A stretch of 58,302 bases of DNA from Chitinispirillia bacterium (GCA_009786575.1 WQRV01000001.1:1-58302), one strand, 5' to 3'. Shown: positions 37,130-46,246, counted from the stretch's first letter. The notes: generated from the sequence alone by a model not told the origin. Numbers and translations: made by a program.

Positions 37130-37170
37130 ACCTTTAATTGAGTAAATCGCGGGGTTCAGACATTTTTTCT
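37124..37170 (+). terminator. Intrinsic terminator of guaB; a miniature member of the gtctgaacc...ggttcagaca repeat family
   Basis: 9-bp stem gtctgaacc (37124-37132, includes the guaB stop) / ggttcagac (37153-37161), followed by aTTTTTTct. Confidence 0.6.
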
Positions 37171-37258
37171 GCAATAAATACAAAGTTTGTACGTATTGAT
37201 TAGTGAAAGTTGCAAAAAACTTGAACCATTCACCAATCAAACACAGGAGGAAAGCAGT

Positions 37259-38869
37259 ATGTCCATCCCCCGCAAGCCCAAAGCCAAAACCGGTGCCATC
37301 CGCCTCGTCTCATCCACGGCGGTTTTACTCTTCGCTGCTTCCGCGCTGCTCTTCGCCAGCGGCAACAGTTCCAGCGCCAAGCGCCCGAACAGGGGTTCCG
37401 TGAATTTTGGCGCGTCGTCGTCACCCGGGGTCAGCATCCCCCCGGCGCTGCAGAGTTTCACGACTGTTTTTGCCGACGTCGCCGAGAAGGTCGTGCCCAC
37501 GGTCGTCTCCGTTGTCCCCACCAAGATCGATACCGTCGTATTCGGCAATAACCCGTTCTACCAGTTTTTCAACGACCCGTTCTTCGGCGGCAACCCGTTT
37601 GAGGATTTCTTCGGCGGCCGGCAGCGGCGCGGCCCTTCCCCGCAGCAGCAGCCTCAGCGGCAGGAGCGGCGCCGGCAGGGTTTGGGGTCGGGTGTGATCG
37701 TCTCGCGTGATGGCTACATCCTCACGAACTCCCACGTAGTGGAGGGGGCCGACGAGGTTGAGGTCCGCACGTCCGACGGCCGGAGCTTCGCGGCGGATAT
37801 CGTGGGGCAGGACTCGCTGACCGACGTAGCGGTGCTCAAGATACGGGACAAGGTGAACAACTTGCCCGTCGCGTTCCTCGGCGACAGCGACAAGCTGCGC
37901 CCCGGCGACTGGGCGGTGGCGGTGGGCAACCCGTTCAGCCTGACCTCGTCGGTAACGATGGGCATCGTCTCGGCGCTCGACCGCACGACCGGGGCGCAGG
38001 GCGGCGGCGCGGCCACTTACCAGAACTTTATCCAGACAGACGCCGCGATAAACCCCGGCAACTCGGGCGGGGCGCTGGTCAACATCAAGGGCGAGCTTAT
38101 CGGCATCAATACAATGATATATACGCAGTCCGGCGGCAACATGGGCATCGGCTTCGCGATCCCCATCAACATGGCGCGGCGGATTATGGAAGACCTGATC
38201 TACGACGGCAAGGTGAGCCGCGGCTGGCTCGGCGTGTCGATTCAGGAGCTCGACCAGACCACCCGCGACGCCTTCGGCCTCTCGCCCGACACCCGCGGCG
38301 TGCTCATCGGCGACGTCTTCAAAGACCAGCCGGGCGATAAGGCGGGGATCCGGCGCGGCGATGTCGTCACGAGCATCAACGGCAAGGCCACCGAGACCCT
38401 GAACCAGCTGCGCAACAGCGTGGCCGCGATTCACCCTGGCAAAACGGTCCCCGTGGAGATCCTGCGCAACGGCAAGAAGATGACGGTGCAGGTGAAGCTC
38501 ACGGCGCGGGACGAGTCGGCCGCCAACGTACCGGCGGGCGGCACGTCCGGCGACCAGCAGGCCCCCCAGCCTACCGACGGGGAGTTTCTGGGGATGAAAG
38601 CCGGCCCGCTCACCAAGGAGCTCAGAGACCAGCTTAACCTGCCCGCGACCATGCAGGGCGTGGTGGTGACGGAGGTGGCGCGGGGGAGCCAGGCCGCTCA
38701 GGAGGGGCTGCGCGTGAACGACATCATCCTCGAAATGAACAGAAAGCCCGTTGCGGCCATGAAAGATTTTACGCAGATTGCCAGGGGCGTAAAGCCCGGC
38801 GATTCGCTCCTGCTTCTGGTGCAGCGGGAGGGCAGCACGTTCTTCCGGGCGGTTAAAGTCAGAAAATAG
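37259..38869 (+). CDS. htrA: Periplasmic serine endoprotease, DegP/HtrA (Do) family, two PDZ domains
   Basis: Signal anchor and trypsin-fold motifs TNSHVV, DVAVLKI, GNSGGALVN, followed by two PDZ-like segments. ATG 37259 follows AGGAGG. Confidence 0.92.
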   Translation: MSIPRKPKAKTGAIRLVSSTAVLLFAASALLFASGNSSSAKRPNRGSVNFGASSSPGVSIPPALQSFTTVFADVAEKVVPTVVSVVPTKIDTVVFGNNPFYQFFNDPFFGGNPFEDFFGGRQRRGPSPQQQPQRQERRRQGLGSGVIVSRDGYILTNSHVVEGADEVEVRTSDGRSFAADIVGQDSLTDVAVLKIRDKVNNLPVAFLGDSDKLRPGDWAVAVGNPFSLTSSVTMGIVSALDRTTGAQGGGAATYQNFIQTDAAINPGNSGGALVNIKGELIGINTMIYTQSGGNMGIGFAIPINMARRIMEDLIYDGKVSRGWLGVSIQELDQTTRDAFGLSPDTRGVLIGDVFKDQPGDKAGIRRGDVVTSINGKATETLNQLRNSVAAIHPGKTVPVEILRNGKKMTVQVKLTARDESAANVPAGGTSGDQQAPQPTDGEFLGMKAGPLTKELRDQLNLPATMQGVVVTEVARGSQAAQEGLRVNDIILEMNRKPVAAMKDFTQIARGVKPGDSLLLLVQREGSTFFRAVKVRK

Positions 38870-38894
38870 CGCTAAGGCGTTGATGTATTGACCG

Positions 38895-38927
38895 GGGGGC
38901 GGCCGGCCAGCCGCCTCCAAATTTTTT
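38895..38927 (+). terminator. Intrinsic terminator downstream of htrA
   Basis: Stem gggggcggc/gccgcctcc (one G.U), loop cggcca, followed by aaaTTTTTT. Confidence 0.6.
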
Positions 38928-38936
38928 GTATTATTC

Positions 38937-38966
38937 TTGACACCTCCATTATCCATAGATTATTTT
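38937..38966 (+). promoter_or_regulatory. Candidate sigma70-type promoter for the 39054 lipoprotein gene
   Basis: TTGACA (38937-38942), 18-nt spacer, TATTTT (38961-38966). Confidence 0.3.
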
Positions 38967-39053
38967 ATTATAGATTGCACGAATACAATATCTAATCGTG
39001 TTTTCAATAATTGATGTAAAAAATCACCCAATAACCCCTTTTTGGAGGAACTC

Positions 39054-39962
39054 ATGTTAAAAATCCGGGCCTTGGCTTTATCGGTAGCTGCGGTTACCGC
39101 CCTTACCCTGCTGGTTGGCTGCGGCGGCGGTGCCGCTGACACTAAAACATTGGAAGACGCTCAGGCGAAAATCACCGCGCTTGAGGCGAAAGGCCTCCCG
39201 CCCTCCGAGTTGTCGATGGCAAAGGTGCACCTCAGCACCGCAAAAGAGGCCCTCGAAAAGAGAAACAACCCCCAGCTCAAGAAGGCGCTCCCCGCTCTTG
39301 CCGGTGAGCTCGATAAGGCTCAGAAGTACTACGACGAGCAGGTTTCCACTCTTCCCCCCAAGATCGACGCCGCGAAGGCCACCGCCGTCAAGGCCAAGGA
39401 TGAGTATAAGCTCACCGGGTTCCAGGTGAAGAAGATCGACTCCACGGTCGCCGTCATCGACTCCCTCAAGAAGATAGACAGGCCCGTGCAGGCCAACAAT
39501 GTGGCGCAGGCCTTAGTGGCGCTGCTGCCGTCGCTCAGGGACGACGAGGCCAAGGCCAACTCCATCAGGAACAAAGTCCCCGGCCAGTGGCTCTTCAAGG
39601 ACCAGGCCAAGAGCGTCGAGCACAAGGAAGTCAACGCCATTGAGCAAAAGCTGTTCACCTTCGGGCCCGGCAACAAGGCCTACCTCGTAGAGAGCAAGAA
39701 GGGCCAGAGCGGCCCCTTCCTCAAGGAGGACTGGGAGTTCAGGTCGTGGGGCACCTACGACTTCATGGGCGACACCGTCATGCTGATGATCAACCGCTTC
39801 CAGATATTCAAGCAGGACTTCCACAGGTTCTACCCGGCCGAAAAGGCGTGGAAGCTTGAGCGGCAGCCGACCTACGACTCGACCATCACCGACGGCAGCC
39901 AGGACAGGAGCATTTCCTGGTACGACCTGTACGAGTCTAAGGACTTTAAGAAGGTAAAGTAA
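39054..39962 (+). CDS. Lipoprotein, unknown function
   Basis: ATG 39054 follows GGAGG. Lipobox LTLLVGC. Helical Lys/Ala-rich N-terminal half and beta-rich C-terminal half. Confidence 0.75.
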   Translation: MLKIRALALSVAAVTALTLLVGCGGGAADTKTLEDAQAKITALEAKGLPPSELSMAKVHLSTAKEALEKRNNPQLKKALPALAGELDKAQKYYDEQVSTLPPKIDAAKATAVKAKDEYKLTGFQVKKIDSTVAVIDSLKKIDRPVQANNVAQALVALLPSLRDDEAKANSIRNKVPGQWLFKDQAKSVEHKEVNAIEQKLFTFGPGNKAYLVESKKGQSGPFLKEDWEFRSWGTYDFMGDTVMLMINRFQIFKQDFHRFYPAEKAWKLERQPTYDSTITDGSQDRSISWYDLYESKDFKKVK

Positions 39963-39986
39963 TAATTAAGGGTACCGGTTTTACGG

Positions 39987-40024
39987 CGGCGCTCCCCGGC
40001 AAGGGGGGCGCCGTTTTTCTTTTT
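39987..40024 (+). terminator. Intrinsic terminator
   Basis: 11-bp stem cggcgctcccc/ggggggcgccg (one U.G), loop ggcaa, followed by TTTTTcTTTTT. Confidence 0.75.
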
Positions 40025-40116
40025 ATTCAGAAAGATTTCATACCTGCCCAGCCCGTGATATATATTATGCTATTACAGATATTCGTTTTTAACCACCATT
40101 TACCCGGAAGGTGCTT

Positions 40117-41007
40117 ATGAAAAAACTCAGCGTTTTTGCCGTCGCAGCGTTCGTCACGATGTTTGCCGTCTCCAACAGTTATGCCTGGGTCGGCGCCGGC
40201 CTGCATTGGGGGTACGATCTGTCCATGAGTATGGATGACGTGTCTAAGGAGAAGATCAACCTTGGCTCTTTCAAAATTGCCGACCTTGAGGTCGGTAGCG
40301 AGGCGCTCTATGTTTCAAGGCTGCAATGGAGGAATTCTCCCCTCAACTTCGGCGGCAAGGTCTACCTCGACTTCATTCCGGTTATTAACGCGATTGAGCT
40401 TTCGTGCAACTTCGGGCTGTGGCAGTACGACGGGGCTCTGCACGTTCTCAACCCCCAAAAAACCCTCGGTAACGTCACTCTTGATAATCCGATACCTGAG
40501 CTTGTGCACGATGAGATCCCGCTGACACTCAAAAACACCGGCCTTTCCTACGTCGGCCTGAGCGGCACCCCCTACGCCAAGCTGCACTTCGACGCCTCGG
40601 TGCGCAAGCAGATATTAGACTTGTGGCTGATCAAGTTCAACGGCGGCGCGGGCGTCAGCGCGCACTTCGCGACCCCGCTTCTGAGCAACGCTCTCGTCGA
40701 GAAGGCGCTGGACATAAAGATTAGTGACGATGCTTCGGCCGCGCTTGCCAACCTCTCAGATCCCGACTTGGCTAAAGGTGCCGCCAAGAAGATCGTGCAG
40801 GAGATCATAGACCAGGCGCTCGGCAAGCCGGTAATCGGCGGCCACATCGTCCTCGGCGTACAGGCCAAGCTGCCGGTGATACCGGTTGGCGTGTACGTAG
40901 ACGGCAAGTACATGTTCCCGTTCAGTAAGTTCGACTCGGACGCATCGGGGGTAAAGGGGTTTGGCTCGGGGCTGCTGTTTAATATGGGTATCTCCCTGTC
41001 GCTGTAG
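40117..41007 (+). CDS. Predicted outer-membrane protein, unknown family
   Basis: Signal peptide MKKLSVFAVAAFVTMFAVSNSYA and amphipathic beta-strand pattern. GTG 40111 is an alternative start. Confidence 0.65.
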   Translation: MKKLSVFAVAAFVTMFAVSNSYAWVGAGLHWGYDLSMSMDDVSKEKINLGSFKIADLEVGSEALYVSRLQWRNSPLNFGGKVYLDFIPVINAIELSCNFGLWQYDGALHVLNPQKTLGNVTLDNPIPELVHDEIPLTLKNTGLSYVGLSGTPYAKLHFDASVRKQILDLWLIKFNGGAGVSAHFATPLLSNALVEKALDIKISDDASAALANLSDPDLAKGAAKKIVQEIIDQALGKPVIGGHIVLGVQAKLPVIPVGVYVDGKYMFPFSKFDSDASGVKGFGSGLLFNMGISLSL

Positions 41008-41057
41008 TATAGTTTGATGTTTGATATTATCTGATATGAATGCAAAATAATGCCTAC

Positions 41058-41080
41058 GGGCACGGTTAAGGGCCGTGCCC
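41058..41080 (+). terminator. Terminator-like GC hairpin without a clear T-tract
   Basis: gggcacgg / ccgtgccc 8-bp stem with a 7-nt loop, between the OMP gene and uppP. Confidence 0.35.
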
Positions 41081-41096
41081 ATCTTCTACAGGATGG

Positions 41097-41954
41097 ATGT
41101 TTATGGAAACGCTAAAAACGCTGTTGTTGGGAATCATTCAGGGCTTCACCGAGTTCCTCCCCGTATCCTCGTCCGGCCACCTCATCCTCGCCCAGACGTT
41201 CATGGGGGTGGATAAGTCCGGCATGGTGCTTGAGGTTGTGCTGCACCTCGCTACGGGGATTGCCGTGCTGTGGGTGTTCCGTAAGGATATTATCGGCATA
41301 ATAACCGGATGCGTATCGAAAGATACCCTTGTCAGGAAAGACTCGCTGACGTATTCGTGGTGGATCATCTTGGGAACTGTCCCGGCTACGCTCGTTGCTT
41401 TTTATTTCAAGTTTTTCACCGAGGTGAACTATATTGAGGAACTGTTCGACACGTCCAAGGGGACCATGCCCGCGTACCTGACGTCGTTCATGCTCTTCAT
41501 CACCGCGGGGCTGCTCTTCTTTTCGTCCTGGAAAAAGGACGCCGGCGCGGATGGCGGCAAGCTGACGCTGATGCGGGTCCTCGCCATAGGCGTGATGCAG
41601 GCGATCGCCATTACCCCGGGGATATCGCGCAGCGGGTCTACGATTGCCGTGGCGCTCTTAGTCGGCGTAGCGCGCACCGAGGCGGGCCGTTTCTCCTTTA
41701 TGCTCGCGCTGCCGGCTATCTTTGGCGCCGCGCTTCTTGACGCGAAGGATGTGACGTCGTGGGGGGAGGTTTTAACGCTGGATCTGGCCATTGGGTTTAT
41801 AGCGAGCCTTGTTATTGGGGTCATCTCCTTAAAATTGCTGCTGACGTTTATCCAAAAGGGCAAGCTGCGCTACTTCGCCTACTACTGCGTCGCCGCGGCG
41901 GTCGTCAGCTTAGTCTGCCTGACTTTGGGGTTCGGGGGGAGTAATAATGGGTGA
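41097..41954 (+). CDS. uppP: Undecaprenyl-diphosphate phosphatase
   Basis: GIIQGFTEFLPVSSSGHLIL and ITPGISRSGSTI motifs. ATG 41103 is an equally plausible start. Confidence 0.92.
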   Translation: MFMETLKTLLLGIIQGFTEFLPVSSSGHLILAQTFMGVDKSGMVLEVVLHLATGIAVLWVFRKDIIGIITGCVSKDTLVRKDSLTYSWWIILGTVPATLVAFYFKFFTEVNYIEELFDTSKGTMPAYLTSFMLFITAGLLFFSSWKKDAGADGGKLTLMRVLAIGVMQAIAITPGISRSGSTIAVALLVGVARTEAGRFSFMLALPAIFGAALLDAKDVTSWGEVLTLDLAIGFIASLVIGVISLKLLLTFIQKGKLRYFAYYCVAAAVVSLVCLTLGFGGSNNG

Positions 41955-42453
41955 CGTAGACACGAAACGCCTCTGGGCGCCGTGGCGGATGACCTATATC
42001 ACCGGCATCGAAAAGAAGGACGAGGGGTGCATATTCTGCAACTACCCCAAGCAAGACCGCACCAACGACCGCGCCAACCTGCTGCTCTACCGGGGCGAGC
42101 GGTGCTTTGTGATGATGAACCTCTACCCCTACAACAACGGCCACCTGATGGTCATCCCGTACCAGCACACATCCGACATATTAGGCGTAGATAAGGAGAC
42201 AGCCGTCGAACTCTGGGCGCTCGTCTGCAAGTGCAAAGCGGCGCTCTCCGCCGTCATGAACCCAGAGGGTTTCAACATAGGCATGAACATCGGGCGTACT
42301 GCCGGGGCGGGGATCGACCAGCACATCCACATGCACATAGTCCCGCGCTGGAACGGCGACACGAACTTCATGCCGGTGGTGGGGGAGACCAAGGTGATCT
42401 CGCAGGCGCTCTCTGCGGCCTACGACGCGCTGTATCCGCAGTTGAATAATTAG
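41947..42453 (+). CDS. HIT-family nucleotide hydrolase/phosphorylase
   Basis: Histidine triad QHIHMHIVPRW. 8-nt overlap with uppP. Confidence 0.85.
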   Translation: MGDVDTKRLWAPWRMTYITGIEKKDEGCIFCNYPKQDRTNDRANLLLYRGERCFVMMNLYPYNNGHLMVIPYQHTSDILGVDKETAVELWALVCKCKAALSAVMNPEGFNIGMNIGRTAGAGIDQHIHMHIVPRWNGDTNFMPVVGETKVISQALSAAYDALYPQLNN

Positions 42454-42502
42454 AACGCAACCCACGTGTGCGCCAAATTTTCATTTGTCCCGCACCCGTC
42501 TA

Positions 42503-42577
42503 GGCCTGGGTGCAGGGTGCCGTCCGGCGACATCACGGCTGTCGTGCAGTCGTCGGATGGCACCCTGTGCCCAGGCC
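42503..42577 (+). repeat. Long hairpin (29-bp stem) with the same 17-nt apex ATCACGGCTGTCGTGCA as 24683-24765
   Basis: Arms 42503-42531 and 42549-42577. All 4 non-Watson-Crick pairs are G.U/U.G only on the + strand. The stem sequence differs from the 24.7-kb copy by compensatory changes. Confidence 0.8.
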
Positions 42578-42616
42578 GGGTATACAACAAATTTACATTT
42601 GTACCACCCACCGTGG

Positions 42617-42664
42617 CTTCGACTCCGCTCAGCCACCGGGACCGTTGCCTGAGCGGAGTCGAAG
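42617..42664. repeat. Perfect 16-bp-stem hairpin
   Basis: cttcgactccgctcag (42617-42632) / ctgagcggagtcgaag (42649-42664) with a 16-nt loop. Confidence 0.8.
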
Positions 42665-42752
42665 GCAACATTTGCGCCAAATTTCCATTTACCGCACATC
42701 GCCCCTACAAAATCGTCTATTTTTATCATACATTACACCAATAAATTTACAT

Positions 42753-43484
42753 TTACCCACCCCACCTCATCAATTGAATCCTGCCATCCCTCAGCACCGC
42801 GTAATCGTAGTTGTCTAACCACGACCCGGTGTTGCAGTAGTCCCCGCCGTCGAAACTAACCAGGTCGGCGTGGTGCGTGTGCGCGAATATCACCAGGCCG
42901 TACCCCCCGCCCCTGATCCTCGCTTCCGCCGCCTGACGGTATTTGTTTATAATTTCCGGCGATACCTCGGCGTTGCGGTATTTGCTTTTGGAGACCGCCG
43001 ATACGCTCTTGCCGGCCCAGATACCCAAAGTCGGGTGGATCGCCTTGTAGAGCGCCTGCAAGAGCCTGTTGCGCAGCAATACCACAGTTATCCTTAGAAT
43101 TCCGCTTTTGAGGATTCCGTCGCCGTGGCTGATGAGCGCAATGCGCCCCTGAAGCTCAATTTCCGCTTCGCCCCGGTGTACCCGCATCCCGACTGCCTCC
43201 TCCAAAAACGTACCCAGAGCGAAGTCGTGGTTTCCGGCGATGTAGTGCACCCGCACGCCCGCTTCCACAAGTCCGCGCATCTCGTGCAGGACGGGGAAGT
43301 AGTCACGGCGTATGACGGAGCTGTACTCGATCCAGAAGTCGAACATGTCGCCAACTATGAACACGTCAGACGCGCGTGCACGCATCTGCGCCGCAAGCTC
43401 CGCGAACCGTGCGACTTTCCCGCCCTCGTCCGCGTCAAGCCCGAAGTGCGCGTCCGAGACGAAGTATACGGCGTCCCGGTCCAT
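42753..43484 (-). CDS. lpxH: UDP-2,3-diacylglucosamine diphosphatase (LpxH-family metallophosphoesterase)
   Basis: VSDAHFG, FIVGDMFDFW, YIAGNHDF, SHGD and AHTH motifs, collinear with E. coli LpxH. Confidence 0.8.
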   Translation of the reverse strand: MDRDAVYFVSDAHFGLDADEGGKVARFAELAAQMRARASDVFIVGDMFDFWIEYSSVIRRDYFPVLHEMRGLVEAGVRVHYIAGNHDFALGTFLEEAVGMRVHRGEAEIELQGRIALISHGDGILKSGILRITVVLLRNRLLQALYKAIHPTLGIWAGKSVSAVSKSKYRNAEVSPEIINKYRQAAEARIRGGGYGLVIFAHTHHADLVSFDGGDYCNTGSWLDNYDYAVLRDGRIQLMRWGG

Positions 43485-43532
43485 CAGGGCATACCGGCGT
43501 CCGGCGTCCGGATGGGCAGAGCCGCGCCGCTC

Positions 43533-43730
43533 CTACTCCCAGAGGTCGTCGGTTGTGTCAAGGTCGCTCGCCATATCGCTGAAGTTGGCATTTTCGTCGA
43601 GGAGCGTGCCGAAGTTGAGCTCGCGCATCTCCTCTTCCTCGACCTCAACAATCTCGTCGTCGTCCTCGTTGTACCGCTCGTCCGCGTCGCGCAGGATGTC
43701 GTCGGCATCAAACTGCTCGTCAAGAATCAT
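43533..43730 (-). CDS. Small hyper-acidic protein (65 aa), unknown function
   Basis: Strong RBS AAGGAGGG 7 nt upstream of the ATG. Roughly 45% Asp+Glu. Same strand as lpxH and 48 nt upstream of it. Confidence 0.55.
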   Translation of the reverse strand: MILDEQFDADDILRDADERYNEDDDEIVEVEEEEMRELNFGTLLDENANFSDMASDLDTTDDLWE

Positions 43731-43929
43731 CTTACCGCTCCCTCCTTATGGTTCTGCCTTCCGGTGGTTTTGGAAAAGCAGGAAAAAGTCCAAATTTGTA
43801 TGAATAATAGTCTATTCCCGTTCCATTGTCAATACTTTTTTGAATTTTTTTAAAAAATCTTCCGGCGTGAATTATTTTATAGCAACGAGTTAGTCCCTCA
43901 ATCATACCAAACGAAAAGGATAAACTGCC

Positions 43930-45204
43930 TTGCAAACGAAGAAAATCGCCCCAAAAACGGCCCGTCCGGCCAAAAAAATGCCCAAAACCGCCATATTCGT
44001 TGAGCCGGCCAAAGGAGGCGTCACCGCCGCCGCCGGTTTCTTCGCCGCCGTGGTCAAGGCCGGTATCAAGGCCTCTAAGAAGACCGACCTCGCCGCCGTC
44101 CTCAGCGACCGCCCCGCCGCGGCCGCCGGGACTTTCACGAAGAACGCCATACGCGCCTCAAGCGTGGACTGGTGCGAAGCCCTCCTGCCGTCGGCCAAGA
44201 TCCGCGCGTTCCTCTGCAACGCCGGATGCGCCAACGCCTGCACCGGCGACCAGGGCGTACGGGACACCGCCGGGATGGCAGCCCTCGCCGGCATCGAGCT
44301 CGGCGTGCCGCAAAAGTCCGTCTTAGTGGCCTCCACAGGGGTTATAGGAAAATTCCTGCCCATGGAAAAGATCGCAAACGCCATGCCGAAACTCGCGGCT
44401 GCGCTGGCGGCCACCGCCGCCGCCGGGACAGCCTTCGCCCAGGCCATCATGACCACCGACCTCGCCAGAAAAGAGTCCGCCGTAAAAGTCACCGTTGGCA
44501 AGGGAACCTTCTTTATCGGCGGGACAACAAAAGGCTCTGGGATGATACATCCCAACATGGCCACGATGCTCTGCTTCATCACCTCCGACGCCGCCATCGA
44601 CAGCACGCTGCTCAACACGGTCGTCAAACGCGTAGTCAACAAAACATTTAATAACCTGACGGTTGACGGAGACACATCCACCAACGACATGGTACTGGTT
44701 ATGGCCAACGGCGCAAGCGGCGTCAGCGTGAAGGGCAGGGGAGAAGCGCTGATTGCCTTTGAGGAAGGATTGTTTACCGTCTGCAACGACCTGTGCAAGA
44801 AGATCGCCGCCGACGGCGAGGGTGCGACCAAGCGCGTGGAGGTCAACGTAAAAGGCGCCAAGACCGAAGCCGATGCACAACTCGCGGCCAAGGCCGTAGC
44901 TACGTCTAATCTGACAAAATGCGCCTTGTTTGGGAATGACCCCAACTGGGGACGGATCGCCTGCGCCGTGGGATACTCCGGCGCGAAGTTCTCCAAGCAG
45001 AAAATGTCAATAGAACTTTGCGGCATCGAAGTCTTCAAGAATTTACAGCCGGTCGCGTTCGACCAGAAAAAGGCGCACGCGCTGTTAAAGAAAAAAGTCG
45101 TCGGTATCGATATCGATCTGGGCTTAGGTGATAAAATGGCTACGGCGCATACGTGTGATTTCAGTTATGATTATGTGAAGATTAACGCGGAGTACCATAC
45201 CTAA
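43930..45204 (+). CDS. argJ: Bifunctional ornithine acetyltransferase / N-acetylglutamate synthase
   Basis: GGTTKGSGMIHPNMATMLCFITSDA (autoproteolytic T site) and INAEYHT C-terminus. Start is TTG 43930 (AAAGGA upstream) or ATG 43978. Confidence 0.93.
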   Translation: MQTKKIAPKTARPAKKMPKTAIFVEPAKGGVTAAAGFFAAVVKAGIKASKKTDLAAVLSDRPAAAAGTFTKNAIRASSVDWCEALLPSAKIRAFLCNAGCANACTGDQGVRDTAGMAALAGIELGVPQKSVLVASTGVIGKFLPMEKIANAMPKLAAALAATAAAGTAFAQAIMTTDLARKESAVKVTVGKGTFFIGGTTKGSGMIHPNMATMLCFITSDAAIDSTLLNTVVKRVVNKTFNNLTVDGDTSTNDMVLVMANGASGVSVKGRGEALIAFEEGLFTVCNDLCKKIAADGEGATKRVEVNVKGAKTEADAQLAAKAVATSNLTKCALFGNDPNWGRIACAVGYSGAKFSKQKMSIELCGIEVFKNLQPVAFDQKKAHALLKKKVVGIDIDLGLGDKMATAHTCDFSYDYVKINAEYHT

Positions 45205-45257
45205 TCATTACGAGGGGGGCGAAATGCCCCTCTCAAATATCAAATCCTCCGCCATCC

Positions 45258-46226
45258 TTATCTGTACAGGATAAACATATACGCCCCGAATATCAGCATA
45301 AGTATCCCGCCTTCCCAGCGGTTGATTTTCCCTTTTGACAACGGGATCATGGTTAGGAGCAGCGCTATTGTGATGCCGAAGAGCCAGGCCATGTCGGAGA
45401 CGAACATCGAGTGGCTGTTTACGGCCAGCGGCCTTACGATCGTAGTTACCCCGAGTACCCCGGCGATGTTGAAGAAGTTCGAGCCGATGATGTTGCCGAT
45501 GGCGAGGTCGTTTTCCCCTTTGAATGCCGCGATGAGGGACGATATAAGCTCCGGCGAGCTGGTGCCGACGGCCACGATCGATACGGCGATGACGCGCTCG
45601 CTTACGCCCCACTGCAGCGCGATTGCGCGTGCGCCCTCTACGAACCAGCCTGAACTGAAGTACATACCTATCACCGCCGCGAGGATCATCGACAGCGCTA
45701 TGAGGGGTTTGACGGTGGGGGCCTCTATGTCTTTTGAGGAGGCGCACCTGCGCGATTTGATTACTGACCACGCGGTGTAGGATATCAATATCACCACAAG
45801 AGAGATGCCCTCGGCGGTGCCGATGGTGCCGTTGAACCCGAAGAGCAGTAGCAGGACCGTTACGGAGAGCATCACCAGATAGTCGAATCCGATCTTTCTG
45901 TTGCGGATGGGGATGGGGGAGATGACCACCACGATGGCGAGGATGCACCCGATGTTGGCGATGTTCGAGCCGATTACGTTGCCGAGCGCGATGTCGTGCG
46001 CGTTATTCAGCGCCGCGCCTATGCTAATGAACATTTCCGGTGCGGAGGTGACGTAGGCGACTACGGTGAGGCCGACCACGAGCGTGCTGATCTTGAAGTG
46101 GCGGGCGATCTGGACGCTGCCGGTCACGAGCCAGTTGCCGCAGAGTATAAGTACGCCAAGCCCCCCGGCGAGGTACATGTACGGCACGAATGGGGCGAGA
46201 GATGTTCCTGCGAATAGTTGATCCAT
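45258..46226 (-). CDS. Ca2+/Na+ antiporter, CaCA family (YrbG-like)
   Basis: Two alpha-repeats, GNVIGSNIANIG and GNIIGSNFFNI; about 10 TM helices. Confidence 0.88.
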   Translation of the reverse strand: MDQLFAGTSLAPFVPYMYLAGGLGVLILCGNWLVTGSVQIARHFKISTLVVGLTVVAYVTSAPEMFISIGAALNNAHDIALGNVIGSNIANIGCILAIVVVISPIPIRNRKIGFDYLVMLSVTVLLLLFGFNGTIGTAEGISLVVILISYTAWSVIKSRRCASSKDIEAPTVKPLIALSMILAAVIGMYFSSGWFVEGARAIALQWGVSERVIAVSIVAVGTSSPELISSLIAAFKGENDLAIGNIIGSNFFNIAGVLGVTTIVRPLAVNSHSMFVSDMAWLFGITIALLLTMIPLSKGKINRWEGGILMLIFGAYMFILYR

Positions 46227-46246
46227 GCCGGCCCCCTCGTGTAATA

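Larger units (their letters stand above)
42475..42763 (+). repeat. Four degenerate direct repeats (AAATTTnCATTT[GA]..CC.CACCC) interleaved with unrelated long hairpins
   Basis: R1 42475-42497, R2 42589-42609, R3 42679-42700, R4 42743-42763. R4 overlaps the last lpxH codons. R1/R3 and R2/R4 form two subtypes. Confidence 0.7.

Noticed and set aside
37421-38956. 511-aa ORF antisense to htrA. Similar long antisense or alternate-frame ORFs occur at 2153-3295, 16746-17612, 43125-43853, 43902-45038, 45208-45948, 46817-47584, 47705-48418, 54013-55236 and 55781-56722.
   Set aside because: Their Arg/Pro/Gly/Ala-rich, low-complexity translations are typical of the reverse frame of GC-rich genes. Each lies fully inside a confidently identified conserved gene on the other strand or frame.
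42468-42764. Possible CRISPR array (repeats alternating with unique segments).
   Set aside because: The repeats are degenerate, spacing is irregular (about 65-115 nt), the spacers are themselves long palindromes, only 4 units are present, and no cas genes lie in the window.
45212-45232. Hairpin gagggg..cccctc between convergent argJ and the antiporter gene as a bidirectional terminator.
   Set aside because: The stem is short, the register is ambiguous, and there is no flanking T- or A-tract. Support is too weak to annotate.
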